Assembly (NCBI GenBank): GCA_951406725.2
Contig: OX597815.1
Coordinates: 38,812,001-38,876,000 of the forward strand
DNA from: Octopus vulgaris
Taxonomy: Eukaryota
Direction: 5' to 3'
DNA: 64,000 nt
Shown here piece after piece: positions 26,250-40,088 of the stretch. A model generated the notes under the pieces. The model did not search any database. It was given only the letters and a program-made list of their open reading frames with translations, and was not told the DNA's origin. Position 1 is the stretch's first letter; each line of letters starts with the position of its first letter. The translations under genes and the position numbers were made by a program.

Positions 26250-27630
26250 AATGAATGGACGCGGGATGGGTTTGTCCCCACCAACCGCATTCCCGCGTTG
26301 AACCGTTTACTTCATCCTTGTTTTGTTTTTTTACCCCACTTAATTGGACACTTATATACCCAACATTCGGGCTACTTTCTTCCATCCTTTTTTCATACTT
26401 TCTTGACGTCAGGCATTTCTTCTCCAGATATGCTTTCCCTCTTAAGTGATGTAAAAAAAGATTAACCAAAGCATGCCTGGAGACGAAGGTGCTTGATGTG
26501 ATACCTCTTCCACGCATCTTCCATATAACCTCTTTCGCTATAGCTATTACGGCTAGAAAACAAAATTTCTCTTCTTTTAGAGGAGACGGCGGAACGATCT
26601 TAATAATGGATTCGGCTGACAGATGTACTCTCCCCAGCTGTGATAGTACCCGTTAGATAGAAACCCACAGGTCCCAGAGACTCGGACACTGTACGATTGC
26701 ATGCAAAACAGTTTCGTTGCTCTGTCCGCAATGTGGGCGCGTAGGCGAAACCGTAACGCCGTGCCTCGCGAGTTTATCTCGAACTGGCAAGGCACTTCGG
26801 AACCATAGCCAATCCAGGGACCTCTGGAAGTTATCCATAGGTCCTGGATCAAAGTCCTTCGATGCAGGTTGGCGATCTGACTTTCATCGAAGGCCAGAGT
26901 CTCCGCCAGGCCGTCATCACACTTGCTCTCTACCACCCATCTATAGTACGTGGAGGTGGTATCCCCTCCACCGGCATTGCTCGTTCGGGAGAGAAGCACG
27001 CACGCCTGTCGACACTCTGCTTGCGAAGATCCCAGCCTTGGTCTACGCCTGATCCAGCATTCCATTTCACCAAAAGAGGTGAACCTGGGAAATATCTCGT
27101 CCGACGACGCTGTTGGACTGCATCGACTTGCTGCAAGCCGACCGATTTATCCCGGCCAATTCTTGCTCCTGCCACCTCTTCGTAATCCTTTAGAGCCTCA
27201 CCTACCCTCTGTAGTTCCTGGTCCCTGTATACGATGACAGCGACATCGTCCGCAGACACTGTGACTGACTTTCCATACCCTATATCTTGCTGGTCTCTAC
27301 TCGTCGCTTCATCTTCGCAGTAGTGGCTCGAGAGCCAATAAATACAGCAGGGGTGAAAGTGTACAACCTTGACGAACCAAGCTTTCGATATTGAACGGCT
27401 CCAAAAAGAAACAGTTCACCCGAACTACCGACTTGATGTTGCTATATAAAGTGTTGATCCAGCTGCGGAATGTCTAGCCAAAACCGGCCGCCTCGAGAAC
27501 CGCCGCCAGATACCGATGGTCTACCCTATCAAAGGCTTTTGGATTGGTCTAAATGGACCAACGCCCCACCCTTGCCAAGAAACCTATTTACCCTTTCTAA
27601 GGTATAGAGTATAGATGGAGAATATCGCCA
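26250..27630 (-). mobile_element. L1/Tx1-clade LINE ORF2 fragment, decayed
   Basis: KAFDRVDH, FRSWINTLY, SADD (YADD equivalent) and C-terminal CG..ETVLHAIVQCP zinc-finger remnant. Confidence 0.85.
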
Positions 27631-28169
27631 ATCACTCACAGTTCTTTCATTCATAACCATGAGTCAGTCCACTTTTAGTCACTTGAGGGGTGGTCGGAAT
27701 CCTTCCACAACAGTTTTTTTTTTATATAAGCTAAGATTCATGGCTTCCACGAAAGAATCATTGAAAATCGAATATTTTAAAATACTGAAATGAAATATAT
27801 GAACGAAGAAGGCATATCATTACTGCAGAGCAGTTTGGTCGAAAACTAAAAGGTTTCAGAGAGAGCACCTCTAAAGTAAAACTTAGGACAAATTAATCTC
27901 TTCCAGAAACATCTGACCATGACTGTACGACCTCCAAACTCACACGCACACGCTATTCACGCACGCACACACACACACGCGATTTCACATGCACACACAC
28001 ATACACACGCTGTGAGTGAGTGAAGCGAAAAGAAAGTCAGGGAATGAATACAAACATAGAGGAAGAGAGGACATACACTGAAGCTTGTCTATCAGAAACT
28101 TATAGAAATTTCGAGATTCATGAGACAGACGGACATTTTACACATAAAGTTCAATGAAGTGTTTTGGGG

Positions 28170-28317
<148 letters not shown>

Positions 28318-28332
28318 TTATACTTATGTGCT

Positions 28333-29525
28333 AGGTGCATTCCAGAAATTTTAAAACACTTTTTAAAAGAGAAAACTATAACTGCCCTAGATTATAGTAA
28401 TTTTTTCTTGGTTGATCTTCCAACCTTCTATTCCAGATTGAAGGAGATGGCTGCAACAGCACTTTGAACACACCAAACTAAACATTGTTTGTCACAACTG
28501 ACTAGTTTTCGGAATGCAAGCGAGACGTGAAGACAATTTGGATGCTCGCTGTGCAATAAAATGTTTTGTCAAAGCGTTAGAAAAGCTCATGAATCAATCC
28601 AGACTGCTTATGGATCAATTTCTATGAACCGAGGATCTGTTTTGCGCTTGCATAAGAGGCTCAAGGGCGGTAGAGAGGAGATAAAAGATGATGGGGGTGT
28701 ATGAGAAGGAGAGGGCACCAAATCTGCTTGAGAAAATTCGCAATTTTCTGTACGAAGACCGCTGTGTCTATAAGCACAACAAGCATACAGACGAACTGTA
28801 CACGAACATGCGCAAAACTGTTCCCAGGACCCTTAGAGACGAACGGAGGTAAAGACACGTTGGTGACAGCAGGGAGGTGCTTGAGTTCATTACCTCCTAT
28901 TCAAGAGTTCTTGATTTTATGGTGACCTTTGACGATAGCCGAATCGACAGATATGATCTAGAAATGAAGGCATCCTCCTGGCTCCCCCAGTCCCAAAAAT
29001 GCCAGGCAAAACAAGTCCACCGGGGAGTTCATAATAATCTTCGACAGAAAGATATCAGGATTTCCTCCGGCCAAGCGGTCAACAATGGGTGTTTTATGGA
29101 GATCTTGAGAATATTCAAGAAGCGATTGCTGCGTAAAAGGCCAGAGCGCTTCCAGTTGGATCGGTGGTGCCTGCACCAGGACAATACACCAGTCCACAAT
29201 TCCATCCTGGAAAGCAACTATTCAACAGGGATGGCCATCAATACTGTCTAACATCCTCCCTTCAGACCAGACCTTGCTACCTGTGATTTTGATTGCTCCC
29301 CAACCTCAGGAGGCAGTCGTTTTGAAAATACTGAGATAAAGAAAGCTGTAACAAAGATTCTGAACACTTTCGTTTTGGAAGACTTCCATGAAGCCTTCAT
29401 GAAGCGGCTACTGAGTGTGCATTGAAGTTAAAAGATCTACTTTGAATGATATTAATGATTTGTACTTTTCTGAAATTAATAAATGTCTTCCCGAAACAGT
29501 TTCAAGACTTATGGAGTGAACTTTG
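28333..29525 (+). mobile_element. Decayed mariner element
   Basis: LHQDNTPVH and HPPFRPDLATCDF motifs; diverged ~28-bp TIRs; ~1.2 kb. Confidence 0.8.
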
Positions 29526-30779
29526 TATTTATACGAGTGTTTGCTGTTATATTATAGAGATGATGAAGCAATTCTGACGAACTATTTTATCTCTTCCTGG
29601 TTGTAAGAAAGATGCGGTTAATAACTTGGTTTGATCATCAGAAAATTGAATGCCTCTAGACAAAATGTAAATGAAGAGAAATATGCAGAGGTGAACTTCT
29701 GTGGTTGAAATATTGAGCAACGCATACAGTGTAGAAACTGACATGTAAGACATACTAAAGTATAAAGAGAAACAAGATAGAATAGCCTTGAGTAAACAGC
29801 TACTTAAAAGGAGAACGAACCTTTGTAGTGAAGACAAACTAAAGAAGATACGGCATATCGGTGATTCTGAGTTGGTTATTATATATTTTTGGATTAAAGT
29901 ACTTTCTTTTGGATGTTATATAGGATATTCAACGTGTAGTCTCAGTGCCGTCTCAGAGGTGTGAGTGATATTCTAAGGAGGGTTTTACTAAATTGATTCT
30001 GGTTTCTTATTTGAGCTTTAGTGTTGAAATCGTAATATAGGTAGGAGTGGTCACCACAAGAAATAATCATTTGCATAGCCGTTGAAGGTTGTTAGTTGTA
30101 TGTTGCTTACGAATAGAGAAGGGAAGTACAAGATTGCTTCCTTCAAATGTGTAGTGATATATTACTGCTGATAACAGAGTTGCCGACGTATTTATGGTTG
30201 TGATTCTGGGATTCGTGTAGTTTTGTTTATGTTTGTGTTTGCTTCTGTATTTGTTTTGTATTTAATTGTGTGTATGTGTTTGCATCTATATCTGTTTCAG
30301 TGTATTTATATTTAGGTATGAAAGTGTGTGTTTCGTTCTGAATTTCTTTTCTGTTTCTTTACGTTTGTGTGTGAAACTGTGTGTTTATAAGTGTGTGAGC
30401 CCATAAACGCGTAGCTGTGTATTGTTGATTTATGTGTAGAAAGATCCCTTCTCTTTTGTGTATTTTGTTGTTATTCGTTCATCTTCAATCATCTGATTGC
30501 GCTACTACTATTAAATGTTATTTATAATGGCAGCTGATCATCTTACAAGAGATAAGGTGAACAAGAAGCAAAGAGAGAAAAAGCAAGAGAAGATAATAAT
30601 GAAAAATAAAAGACAACAGTAAGGAAAACGAAAGAGAGAGAAGAGACAAGGCTATACTGTCTTCATTGAAAGATGTTTTTAAGGGTTTTTTTCTCATGGA
30701 TAGAGTATAAGTTTAACATAAGAAATTTGGGCTGCATGTGAATTATGTATGTAAGTTGTAGAGAAAATTAACGTGAAGT

Positions 30780-31780
30780 GAAATAAAGCAACATTTGCAT
30801 AGAAGTATATTGTTAGAAGTGGAAGCAATCAGGTCCACACATGAGTGGAGGAGATATTATCGAACGTTAGCGTGCGCTATTGTTGATAAGGTCTGTGTTT
30901 ATGTGCAGCATATACTGGTATTTGCTGCAATGGTAAAGTCCAACAAGAAGCTTTCGAGCCAAGCATTAAGAGAGTTAGAACATACACAGACAATTAAGAC
31001 AGGAGATTCCTAAGCTAGACGCAGACAAAGGCATTGCTAATGCCAAGTTCAACAAGATTGCTTTTACAGAAGTTCTGAGGAGATGGGATTCGACAAAGGA
31101 AGTGCAAGAATAAATCCCCGGTAAAGCTGGCTCTGTTGAAGCTGCACTGGCTGCCACTGAAAATGAAAAAAAATTGAAGTGATGATGAAAAGATGGCGTG
31201 TTCTGGATTGGTAGTGTTCTGAGTTAGAGAGTCTTCTATTTTTGTATAGGGAACATACTTAATACAAAGATAGGCTTACACTTTTGGACATACAGTAGAG
31301 AACATACAGTAGAGAGACTGTGTAGCGGGATAGAGATTAGTGACAACGAAGAGCAAGGGAGATTAAAGCTAGTCGTGAGGTTATGAGTTAGCTCTAGGGA
31401 GCAATGTTTGAAGATGACGGTGACGCATCGTCAGAAATAGTTACCGTGTTGAAGGGATTGAAGGAAATTTTGCTTTTGATGATTCCATGTACGGATAGTA
31501 AAGATGAGTGTGGAGAAAGAGAGATTGCTGTGAACAGCACATGTAGGGATTTTTTCAATAGCTTTGGGTTTCTTTGTTACTTTCAAAATCCAAACTTGGA
31601 GGTGTTTACTTGAAAGGTCAAGTATGTCAGCTGCAGTGGAATCCCAACAGCTCTCTATGTAATCAGATTCGAAGAATGTTTTATTTAACTTTTCAGAGAT
31701 GTTTGAAGAAAGGCATTTTGAAATGCTTATGATCTGAAATCCTCAACTCTTGACTTAGTGGGTATCTCCTGCTTCTGAAT
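30780..31780 (-). mobile_element. Possible very old LINE remnant
   Basis: Coding-like composition and weak RT-like fragments only; no clean motif. Confidence 0.3.
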
Positions 31781-32469
31781 TTCAAATTTACTAACAATGA
31801 GAACTATGATCAGTTCAGCACTCAGCTCCACGCATAGGTCGTATTAGTCATCACTGAGAACGCACCATCTCATAATTATGTAGCCCAGAGGTACCAGTGT
31901 TTGGAGCGAGGATGCAACAAATTTGATTCGGTTTTCATTGAAAGAGAACGTTTGTGTTGATCATAAACAGGTTGTGTTCACTTCATATTTTAAAAACAGA
32001 AGTGCCTTTACTGTTACAAAAGCCAACCCATGACGCACAATGATATCAGACCGTGCATTACGACGTTTCGTATACGAATACGTCTATGTGTTCAATACGA
32101 TCTAAGATAGAAAAAATAGTTAATGGATATCTATACATATTTCAAGAGTTATTGCTTTTTTTATTTGCACTACATCAACTTTCCACGAGTGCATCGTTTT
32201 AATACCTACTAAGTTTAGCTGTGTAACACCACTGGGAAAACCAATTTACATATTAAATACATTCCTGGCAGCTGGTATTTTAATATTAATTATTAGCAAG
32301 GTCACAGTATTTCGTTTTGCAACCATAATATACTACCAAGTATACTAAAGGTTTACAATTAAATATTGTGTCTTGCTTTTTCTGCTGGCAGTGAGATATT
32401 CTAACTTTAAAATAATAAACTATAGATTTTCTAATGATTCAATGTACGTGATAGTAAAGATGAATATCG

Positions 32470-32500
<31 letters not shown>

Positions 32501-32559
32501 GAGTGCTGCGAGCGGCATATGTAAATATGTTTTTCTATAGCCGTGTTTCTTTGTTATTT

Positions 32560-35135
32560 TCATACAGCAACGGTCATCTACTGATGAAGACCTGCTGATC
32601 ACCAACACGAAGTTTCGCCTGCCCAAACGGAAAAGGAAGTCCTGGATGCATCCACGCAGCAAACATTGGCATCTTATTGACTACGTCATAGTGAGGAAAA
32701 GAGATATTAGAGTAACAAAGGCCATGTGTGGTGCAGAATGCAAGATAGATCATAGACCCATTCTCGCAAAACTCGACGTGCACATCCGATAAACAAGCGA
32801 CTAAACATCAGAAAATTGGTATGATACAATGTGATACAGAAACCCAGTGAGGACTTGTTTAGCAAGTCGAGCCAAGTCGATGTTGATACAAAGGGAACAG
32901 AGGAGGAGTGGGTGGTGTTCAGAGACATAGTGTGCAACACTGCACTCGCGCATCTGGGCCAGAACACGCACAGACACCAAGACCGTTTCGACGACAACGA
33001 TGAGGAAAATCAGAAGCTGCTCAATGAGAAGCATGAAGCCTACAAAATCTCTCAGCAAGACAGCATATCGGCTTCCAAGAAAGCAACCTACAATGCTACC
33101 AAAAGTAAGGAGCAAGTAAAGCTCAGAGAGATGCAAGCTTCCTGGCTCAGCAACAAGGTGGATCAAATACAGAAGTACGCTGACAGCAACGACTCTAAGC
33201 GTTTCTACGATACTCTGAAAGTGATCTACCGACCACAGCCCTCCGGAACATCACCACTGCTCAGTGCTGAGGGGACGTTACTCCTTACTGACAAAAAAGC
33301 AAACTTGGAAAGGTCGGCAGAGTACTTAGTCCTGAACAAGCCTTCCTCTATCAAGGTTAAGGATACTGCTCACATGCCCCAAGTTGACATCAACACTCTC
33401 ACACAAGCAGAGGCCCCAAAATAATTAAGCTTCTCTCAAATGGCAAGGCACCAAGCCCTGACTCCATCCCAACTGAAATATACAAGGCGAGGGCTATCAG
33501 TCGTGGCACAGAAACTCGCCAATCTTTTTCAGATCATGTAGCAACAAGAGGTTGTTCCTCAGGGTGCTCAAAGTCGCTTCTGTTGTCCATCAGCACCAGG
33601 GAAAGGGAAACAAACAACCTCTGACAACCATCGAGTAATTTCCCTCCCTGTCATCGCAGGTAAAATACTCGCAAGTGTCCTCCTTAACCGCCTCACTCAG
33701 TACATGGAAGGCAGTCATCTACCAGAAAGTCAGTGGCTTTAGAGAAGACCGTGGACAGCCGGCATGTTTCCTGCTGCATGCCAACTTTACGAAGAGTGCC
33801 AGAAACAAAACAGGGATCTATATCCGACGTTTATAGGCCTAACCAAGACCTTTGATAGCGTCAGTAGTGAGGGGCTGCCCGGACAAATTCACCGGTATGG
33901 TACGATAGTTTCACGATGGCATTCGCGTTCGAATACTGAACGATGGAGATTTTCCCGATGCATTTCCAGTTACTAACGGATTGAAATAGGATTTTGTACT
34001 TGCTCCTATGCTGTTCAGCATGTTGTTCTCAGCCATGCAGTTTGATGCCTTCTGCAATGACGACGAAACCAGCATCAAGATCAGATTTAGGACTGATGTC
34101 AGACTCTTCAGCCTATGAAGGCAACAAAGACCAAAATGGAAAAGAACTCAGTGTACGAGTTCCTGCTCACAGACGATGGCACACTCAACGTCACCACAGA
34201 GACCAAGGGGCCACAGCATGAACTACTTTCTACTGCCTGCAGCAACTTTAGCTTCGCAATCAGGACTCAGAAGACAGAGGTCATGCACCAACTTGCACCG
34301 CAGAAGCTGTATGTGGAACCAACAATCATTGCCGAAGAGGAAACCCTGAAAGTCATTTATAAGTTCACATACCTCGGCAGCACACTCTGCAGATCGCTGA
34401 GCATTGACAAAGAATTCGATATATGCATCTCCAAGGGAAACTCAGCATTCGAGCGGCTACGGGTATCACAATGAGAGAAAGAGGGGCATTAGGCTGACCA
34501 ACAAGTTGAAGGTGTACCAATCCTACACCATTATATGCCTGTGAATCTTGGATGGTTTAAGAACGCTACGCAAAAAGGTAAACCGTTCCCACATACACTG
34601 CCTGAAAAGCTGTTAAAAATCACCAGACAAGACAAGATCCCAGACATGTAGATCCTCTTTTCAGCTGATCTGCCAAACCTTTACACACTGCTGAGAAGAG
34701 CGCAGTTCAGGTGGGCAGGTGACCTTGTTCGAATGCCTGACACATGACACCCCAAGAGACTGATTTACAGAGAACTGCGAAAGGCAAGCGCACGCAAGGT
34801 GGATAGAAAAAGCGCTTTAAGGACTCGCTGAAGAGCTTTGAGATCAACTCCGATACTTGGAAGACAAGAGCACATGAATGAAGATTCGTCAACAGAGGTG
34901 CCACCTCCTACGAAGAGAACAGGATTGCGGAGACACAAAGAAAATCCAAATTCAAGTCCTTGTATTCAATCACAACAGATCACCATTGTCTGATCCAAAC
35001 AGATCACCAGTACCTGACCAGCTGCAGAACCATTCAAGAACGCATTGGACTGATTGGCCACTGCGAGAAGCACCGTGCCCCATTTTTTGTTCTCCGAGGT
35101 GATGTTCTTGGTTATCGTCAACAACGTGTGATGAA
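32560..35135 (+). mobile_element. RTE-clade (BovB-like) LINE, 5'-truncated and decayed
   Basis: SWMHPRSKHWHLIDYVIV (APE C-terminus), KAPSPDSIPTEIYK, GKILASVLLNRL, PESQ, TKTFDSV, FTYLGSTL. Confidence 0.92.
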
Positions 35136-37087
35136 CTAATAGTATTTATGTATGCATGTATTTATGTATACATAAATGTGTGTGTGTGTGTGTGTGTATG
35201 TGTGTGTGTGTATGTGTGTGTGTATCGCGTGGATAGTTTATTTATGCGCTACAGATAATCTATACTTCAGTACAATCTCTTACATGTCTGTTCATCGGCG
35301 ACTGAGCCGCTGCACCCGTTAGGCTATCTTGGTTGCTAGAAAATTAAGAGGACAAAAACAATAGGAAGAAACCATGACTCATATGTTACTCTTGATTTAG
35401 AGATCTGATCTAAACACTTTCAACAGCGAGGACTCTACTAAAGTGGTTTGAAATTCAGTGAAAAATGAAGTCTATCAATCTAAGAATAGAACACCTGAGT
35501 ATTTTCTGCTGAGTTTCTGGCGAACTTATTTCATTCACATGACATAGGTCAACTGAAAGTTAAGATAGATAACACTTAACCACAATAATGCACCTCTTTT
35601 ATTTCTTTTCTCTACTCTTTTACAATGTCTTCGACAAGGAAGGAACGGTAGAGTCCATGACCCTTTAAAAATTTCTTCAGACCTTTCAAGACAAAGAAAC
35701 CTAGGATAGGGGCAATGAGTCTAGCAACGGTACGCAAAGAGATAGAAATATACTAGATGTTCGACAAATGCCCTGTAAAACCACTTCTAGGATAATGAAA
35801 TCCCTAAGTTTTGGCAGAACATGTTCTCAAAAATGGTTAGACATAGCTGTGGGGAATGCGACTTTACTGCATTTATCCTGCTACCATGTGGGTAAGTACA
35901 GGCAGATAGAGGATAGGAAGAGAAGAAGAAAAAGAGGTGTGATGACCAGCTTCGTGGCGGTTTCAGCATCTGGCAGAAATATACCAGTCGCCTTGATGCA
36001 TCCTTGTTAATGGATTTATCTACTTCACACGAATCTTTGATTTCAGGGGTATTCGTCTATGTTCTGGCGGTTGGAGTATAATACGCGTCTGATTCAATCA
36101 AGTATCAAAGCTTCCGTAGTTTCTTCTTTAGTGAAACTACACATTTGGTCTAGAACAGACGGTATCCGTTGTGCTTCTTTTGTTGCACTTGCGGCTGCAT
36201 TCCCCATTATTGCTGATCTTCATACAAGACTGTCATAAAACGATTCATAATTGAAGCATATGGTCATCATAAAATTCAACGGAATATTATAAACAAGCCA
36301 GTTGTGTATTTATGTTGTATTCAGTTGTGTATTCATTTGTGCATTCGTTTGCTTGTGTCTCTATGTGTTTAAGTTAGTGCATATGTGTGTGTGTGTGTGT
36401 GTGTGGTGATGGTAGTGTCGGCGGCGACGACGGTGGTGGTGGTGGTGGTGGTGGTGGTGGTGGTGGTGGTGGTGGTGGTGGTGGTGGTGGTGTTGTTGTT
36501 ATTCGTTCATACGTTCATTCGTTTGTCATCAGTCACTTGATTGAGCAGCTGCGATTAAGTGTCTTATTTATAATGACATTGGAAGGCGACAGCTGATCAT
36601 CTTACTGAAAGCAAAAACAAGGAAGGGGGCGAGAGAGAGAGGGGTGGGAGTAGAGAAACAGATATAAAATTTAATGGACAGAGAAAGAGAAAGAGAGATG
36701 TGGTAACGGAAGGGAAGCAGTGAGAGAGCGAGTAACAACATGATACAAACACAAAGTGATAGTTTTATGTGCTTTAGCATATCGACGTCATCACGACTAA
36801 GGCCATACTGGAATACTATATATATTATTCAAATTCTCCTTTGCTGATTTAAAGTATATGAGTATGCCAATGCCACAGGCCTGCCCTTAAAGGTCTACTC
36901 AATCATAAGTAAACCTGTACTTATTTCAATTAGGGATTTAGTTTACTTGTCTGTCGAGTTGCTACGCCAAAGGGCAAAATAGAGACACATAAACACCACA
37001 TCGGCTTAAATAAACACATGCACTGTATCTATGTCTACATTTTTCATCTTTCCATACTTATCAATATATCTTTATATATATATATTT

Positions 37088-37275
37088 CTCGAAATTTACA
37101 GTAAAACAAAAGACGAAGACTGGTATATAAACAACAAGCAGGTGTATTAGTTTGACGCTCGGGAACGTGAGAAAGTCTTTTACGTTTCGCGTCTACGCTC
37201 TTCAACGGAAAAGAACACGAAGAAATAAACAGAGAGAGAATAAAAAAACACTTGTGGGATTTAGCGGTTAATCAT

Positions 37276-37280
<5 letters not shown>
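37088..37280 (-). mobile_element. Solo Penelope terminal repeat (family of 5432) with GAAACGTA variant at 37175-37217
   Basis: Colinear with 5432-5610. Confidence 0.8.
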
Positions 37281-37330
<50 letters not shown>

Positions 37331-37333
<3 letters not shown>

Positions 37334-37635
37334 GATTAAGGTAGCTAAAAGCTAGACGTAATTTAAAACTAGAAGGGAAAAAAATTCCCGGTCACTAAAA
37401 GTGACAAAGGGTGCAGAGCAGCACAAGCATTGCTAAAAACAAGAGTCGAAGACTCGCTTGCTGTGAGGAGGTTGCGTCCCTTGTCAGTACATAGAACTGT
37501 GCTTTGTTCGTATCTAAAGAGTATTTGGCCCTTGTTTCTAGCAATGCTGGTGTTGCCCTACATCCTTAGTCACTTTTAGGGACGGTGAAGATCTTTCTTT
37601 TGGTTTTGTATTGCGTCAAGCCATGTTAACCATTT
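37331..37635. repeat. Fold-back with ~115-bp imperfect arms
   Basis: ctaaaagtgac/gtcacttttag and agcattgctaaaaacaag/cttgtttctagcaatgct; loop is repeated at 37793-37870. Confidence 0.8.
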
Positions 37636-37899
37636 TATAATTTTCACATTACCATTTTGCTGAATCGGGCATTGATTCCTGTGGTAAATTCTATAAGTAC
37701 GGACAAGTGGAACTCAGCTTCACCACCAGCGATGGAATAGCATCATCGACAAGCATCAATTTCATGCGAAATCGGCATGCCAATCTGATGCTCTCGCTTG
37801 CTGTGAATAGGATGTCTCCCTTGTCAGTATATAGAACTGCTTTGTTCGTGGCTAACGAGTCTTTGACTCTAGAATTTCTTGATCGAAATTATAATTTAT

Positions 37900-38708
37900 T
37901 TCGCCGTTTTACGAATTGAGAACAAGACCGTTTGTCAGCTGTCTTTTGAACAGATTATGTTTAAACTTGAGGTGCTGGTAAGGAAGAAGACAAGAAGAAA
38001 AGAACAAGGAAGATAATCAACGTTACACAAACGCGATGTCAAGCAGACGTATACAAGACTTTAATGGTTTACTAAGTGCCTACTGCTCTACTTTTAAATT
38101 TCTTGAAATGCGAACATACAGAACAAATCCCGTTACTGGAATCTATGTGTTCATTGAAAGTTTTTTTATATTTTTGACCATTCTATTTGGTATTTAATTT
38201 TTTATTCTGCCAGTCCCCACATGACGTCTGCCAGCGAGGTCGTGTGCCGTCCATTTATTTTTCGGAATGACGAAATGTGGTTTCGATAACGGACTTTGAA
38301 TTGGTTTTCAGTAGCACCTGTGTACACGTAATTATGTTGAGATGTGTAGATTTATGCATTTATATACTATTTTTTTTTGTTGTTTTCTTTTTAGTACACT
38401 GGTTCAGAAGTGGACATGCGGATTTTCTACGGCATGTGCAGTTAATCGTATTCTTATTATTCTTATATTTATCTGGCGGCTTTTTGATTCTGTTTTCATG
38501 ATGTTCCGTTTAATTTCTAGTACCCGAAGCTTTGTTTAATCGGTAATCTGTTTTGTTGGATCTTTTTGGATGAAATATTTCAACTATATTTCCACCGTTT
38601 TTTACTCTATCTGAGATTTTGCAGTCTATCTGTCGTTTATTTTGGTTATTGGTGTTAAATTCTGTGTAGTTTTGATTTTTTTGTTCTCTACCAGCAGACG
38701 TTTATTTA

Positions 38709-38744
<36 letters not shown>

Positions 38745-39285
38745 AGTATGTGTGTTAGTGTGTGTGTGTGTGTTCAAGTTCTGGTTGTTGTATTTATGTA
38801 TGTAAGATGATGTAAGATGTTGCATGCGATATTTTCACTGGGTGTTTGTTGAATAAACGGTAGTAATTATGTGTTTTAGGAAAGCATATATTTAATGCTG
38901 CAATGAATTACCAATCTTGGACGATATTTGGAGTCCAAAACTTGGATTATACCATAGGATTATACAATAGGACTTCCGAATTTTTGTACCTTTTGTTTGC
39001 TTTCTTCCATATTTTTTGTGTGCAGTGATTATGTGCATCAGTATTCAGATTTTTCTTCCTTTTTGGGTTATATCCATTTTCCACCGTACTTTCCTTTGTT
39101 CCTCAGGTTGTCCCTTTTAGCTTTTAGCAGTAGTATTGTTTTTTTTTCTATTATGTTTTTACTAATACGCCCAATGTCCGATTTTGATGGACGTATAAGT
39201 CTCATTTTAGGGTCGGTTTTGAAATTATTTTGTGTTCGACTAAACATTTCAAGATGGTACCAGCAGTCTAATGACTGTAATAAAC
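37900..39285 (-). mobile_element. Penelope-like element (RT, linker, GIY-YIG), internally deleted and decayed
   Basis: NFKTDPKMRLIRPSKSDIGRISK (RT), WYNPSF linker, CTCRRKSACPLLNQC, VYTGATENQFKVRYRNHISSF. Confidence 0.85.
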
Positions 39286-39322
39286 AGAAATGCATGCATA
39301 CATACATACATACATACATACA

Positions 39323-39400
<78 letters not shown>

Positions 39401-39401
39401 A

Positions 39402-39609
39402 TTCAAATATTAAACAGAAGCACGACTAGGAAAGAACGGAAAATTCACACACAAGACATGGACAAGCGCTTTCCTCGTCAGTTATCGTCCAAAATATCAT
39501 TACAATTTCACACCTTTAATGAAATTGTAATAACTGACGAGGAATGAACTTTCTCACGTCTTGTGTATGAGTTCGTTTGTTTCTTGTCGCGTTTGTTTAA
39601 TATTTGAAA
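39402..39609. repeat. ~208-bp imperfect palindrome
   Basis: ttcaaatattaaaca/tgtttaatatttgaa outer arms; perfect ttcctcgtcagttat/ataactgacgaggaa inner arms. Confidence 0.85.
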
Positions 39610-39672
39610 TTTATTATTTAATGTATCACCACGTACCTATCTTCTCTTTTGTCTCCCTATGCACACACACAC

Positions 39673-39709
<37 letters not shown>

Positions 39710-39711
<2 letters not shown>

Positions 39712-39945
39712 AAAATTATTATAATTATAAACATAATTATAATTAGAGCTTAGCAAAATTGCTTCACCACATACCGAAATTTAGAAATAGCAGTTAAATA
39801 CTATTCTACTACCATAAGACATCTCCAAGACAACAATACTCTCACACTGGCAAAGAGGAAAAAATAACGAATCCACATACCGATAATGGTTCTTTTAACA
39901 TACCGAACTACTTGCTAAGATTAATAATTATAAATTATAAGATTA

Positions 39946-39950
<5 letters not shown>
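39710..39950 (+). mobile_element. Truncated relative of the 55780 fold-back arm
   Basis: Shares ttcaccacataccgaaatttagaaatagcag..ctaccataag..agacaacaatactc. Confidence 0.75.
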
Positions 39951-40011
<61 letters not shown>

Positions 40012-40017
40012 ATGTAT

Positions 40018-40087
<70 letters not shown>

Positions 40088-40088
<1 letters not shown>

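Noticed and set aside
35768-35900. Exon ending at a strong GTAAGT donor near 35892
   Set aside because: No convincing acceptor or recognisable peptide; such donors occur by chance
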